A DNA stretch of 63,139 nucleotides, counting the filler, from Chiloscyllium plagiosum (Eukaryota), in NCBI RefSeq assembly GCF_004010195.1. It is 4 parts of one record of this genome, joined end to end, with 100 filler letters (N's around TTAATTAATTAA, not from the genome) between each part and the next. Parts side by side here need not be neighbours in the genome. Positions count along the whole stretch, not along the records: positions 60,621 to 63,139 come from NC_057713.1; 3 more parts are not named here. One strand, written 5' to 3'. Under the pieces are notes generated by a model, which did no database searches, was not told where the DNA came from, and saw only the letters and a list, made by a program, of their open reading frames with translations. Below, piece by piece: positions 61,135-63,139 of the stretch. The translations under genes and the position numbers were made by a program. Numbering within the stretch: the stretch's first letter is position 1; every line of letters starts with the position of its first letter.

Positions 61135-63139
61135 GAATGCGCTAAATATATTAATAACTTGGATTAGGTGAGGTATGGACATCAGAGGGTTACTGAGGAA
61201 TAGAAGAACATCATCTGCATAAAGGGTAATTTTATGTTTACCTGTACCAATCCTCAGGGCCGCTATATTAGGATTGGCTCGTATAGCTTCTGCTAGTGGT
61301 TCAATTATTAGCGTAAATAACAATGGCGAGAGGGGACATCCCTGATGGCAGCCCCTACCCACACTGAAGCTATCCGAACCTAATCCATTGGTAACCACAA
61401 CTGCTTTGGGATCACTATACAATGTTGAGACCCATTTGGTAAACACCTGTCCAACGCCAAACCTTTCCAATGTGTAAAACAAATATGACCATTCAACCCT
61501 ATCAAATGCCTTTTCCGCGTCTAATGAAACTACTACTCCTGGTATCTTTCCCTGATGGCAGGCTTGAATCATATTCAAAACCCTTCTAATATTATTGGAT
61601 GATCTATGGCCCTTAATAAAGCCCGTCTGATCCTCCTTTATAATATGTGGCAGTACCCTTTCTAGTCTCAGTGCTAACGTTTTAAAAAGGATTTTAAAAT
61701 CTACATTTAGCAAGGATATTGGTCTATATGATGTACAATCTTCTGGATCCTTTCCTTTTTTAAGGATAAGAGAGATATTTGCCTCTTTGAGTGAAGGCGG
61801 GAGACAGCCCTGACTATATGCATAGTTATACATGTCCATAAGTGGACCACCCAATATTTCTGTAAATTTTTTATAGAATTCAGCTTGAAAACCATCTGGG
61901 CCCGGTGCCTTACCATTCTGAAGTTGCCTAATTGCATCAAGTATTTCTTGGACTGTTAGAGGAGCATTTAGGACCGATACCTGTTCCGGAGTTAGGCCTG
62001 GAAAGGTCAAATGCCTGCATCCTCCTCGTCCTATTTTCACAATCCTGCGATTTATATAACTGAGAATAAAATTCTCTAAAGATCGCATTAATCTTTTTAT
62101 GATCATGAGTCAAAATACCGGTACTTTCCTTGATCGACGTAATAGTCTGAGGGGCCTTTTTTTCCTTTGCAAGAAATGCTAAGTATCTACCAGGTTTGTC
62201 GCCATATTCATATAACCTTTGTTTTGCAAATAATATTTCCCTCTTAGCCGTTTGAGTAAGCGTAGTGTTTAGAGCTGTCCTAAGAGCCGTAATCCTTTGC
62301 AATTTAATAATAGAAGGTCTATCAGTGTATGCTGTTTCAGCTGCTTTTAAGCGAGCTTCAAGCAGACGCTGTTGTTCTCCTTCAATTTCTTCTGGGTCGC
62401 TGAGTAGGAGATGATCAAACCTCGCGTGTAAGCTTTGATGGTTTTCCACATCATTGATGGGTTGCTAGCTGTACCTGAATTAATTTCTAAAAAAGTTTTA
62501 AATTCTTGAGAGAAGTTTACAAATTTACTATCTTTCATTAGGAAGGGGTCCATACGCCAATGCCGAGGGGATGTCCCATTGTTCCTCGACTTAGTTTCCA
62601 TATATACAGCAGCGTGGTCGGAAATTGCTATACTACCTATTTTACAGGATGATATAGAATTTAAAAAAATCGAGGGGGCAAAAAATATATCAATTCTAGT
62701 ATGACATTTATGTGGATTGGAGTAGAAAGAAAAATCTCTGCCCTGTGAATGAAGACATCTCCATACATCTACTAATCCTAATTCTTTGTTCAGATCCATC
62801 AATTGTCTAGATCTGCAGTACTCCTGAGTACTCTTGGGAATCCTATCTATTTCCAGATCCATAATACAATTAAAGTCTCCCCCTATAATCATATGACGGG
62901 CACCAAGAGCCATCAATTTTGAGAAGGCTTCCGTTATAAATTTAAAGGGGTGTGCCAGGGGGCAGTACAAATTTAAAATCCCATATTCCTCTCCATTGAT
63001 GAGGGCTTAAATCAAGATATATCGTCCAGATTCGTCTTTTATCTGCTTTAGGATTTTGAAAGGGAAATTCTTCCGAACAAGAATAACAACTCCCCTGCTT
63101 TTTGAGCTAAAAGAAGAAAAAAAAGGCCTGATCAAATCC
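61135..63139 (-). mobile_element. L1-clade LINE ORF2 (APE + RT), frameshifted, cut shortly after YADD
   Basis: IIGGDFNC, TRIDIFF, ISDHAAV, GKAPGPDGFQAEFYK, YRPISLLNVDFKIL, SLDAEKAFDRVEW, QGCPLSPLLF, LYADDVLLFL. Confidence 0.93.

Overview
Eukaryotic (vertebrate) genomic DNA, most likely from an elasmobranch (shark). The evidence is HE1/V-SINE-type tRNA SINEs, abundant CR1/HER1-type LINEs and Penelope-like elements. The only host gene I can support is an intact, intronless large-Maf bZIP gene, mafA (33044-33892, minus strand, 282 aa). It has a TATA/GC/CCAAT/octamer promoter near 34.64-34.79 kb, a uORF-containing 5' leader and a long AT-rich 3'UTR, and it sits in a roughly 8 kb island with no recognisable repeats. 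The rest is a decayed transposon landscape: Penelope-like (RT + GIY-YIG) retroelements, CR1, Rex1/Babar, L1 and Tx1 LINE remnants, SINEs, MITEs and probable LTRs. There is one 705-N gap and three artificial 44N-TTAATTAATTAA-44N spacers. Most interesting signals: (i) minimal type-I hammerhead ribozyme cores (CTGAnGA-stem-GAAAC-GTC) in nearly every Penelope terminal repeat; (ii) short TSD-flanked fold-back or solo insertions whose breakpoints cluster at the hammerhead, plus a 443-nt tandem hammerhead unit resembling a retrozyme; (iii) a correctly phased T_TTA_AAC -1 frameshift heptamer joining CR1 ORF1 to an ATG-less ORF2 in two CR1 copies; (iv) a locally templated 152-bp inverted insertion; (v) candidate mafA regulatory elements. 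All calls were made by eye, and repeat boundaries are approximate unless a TSD is quoted.
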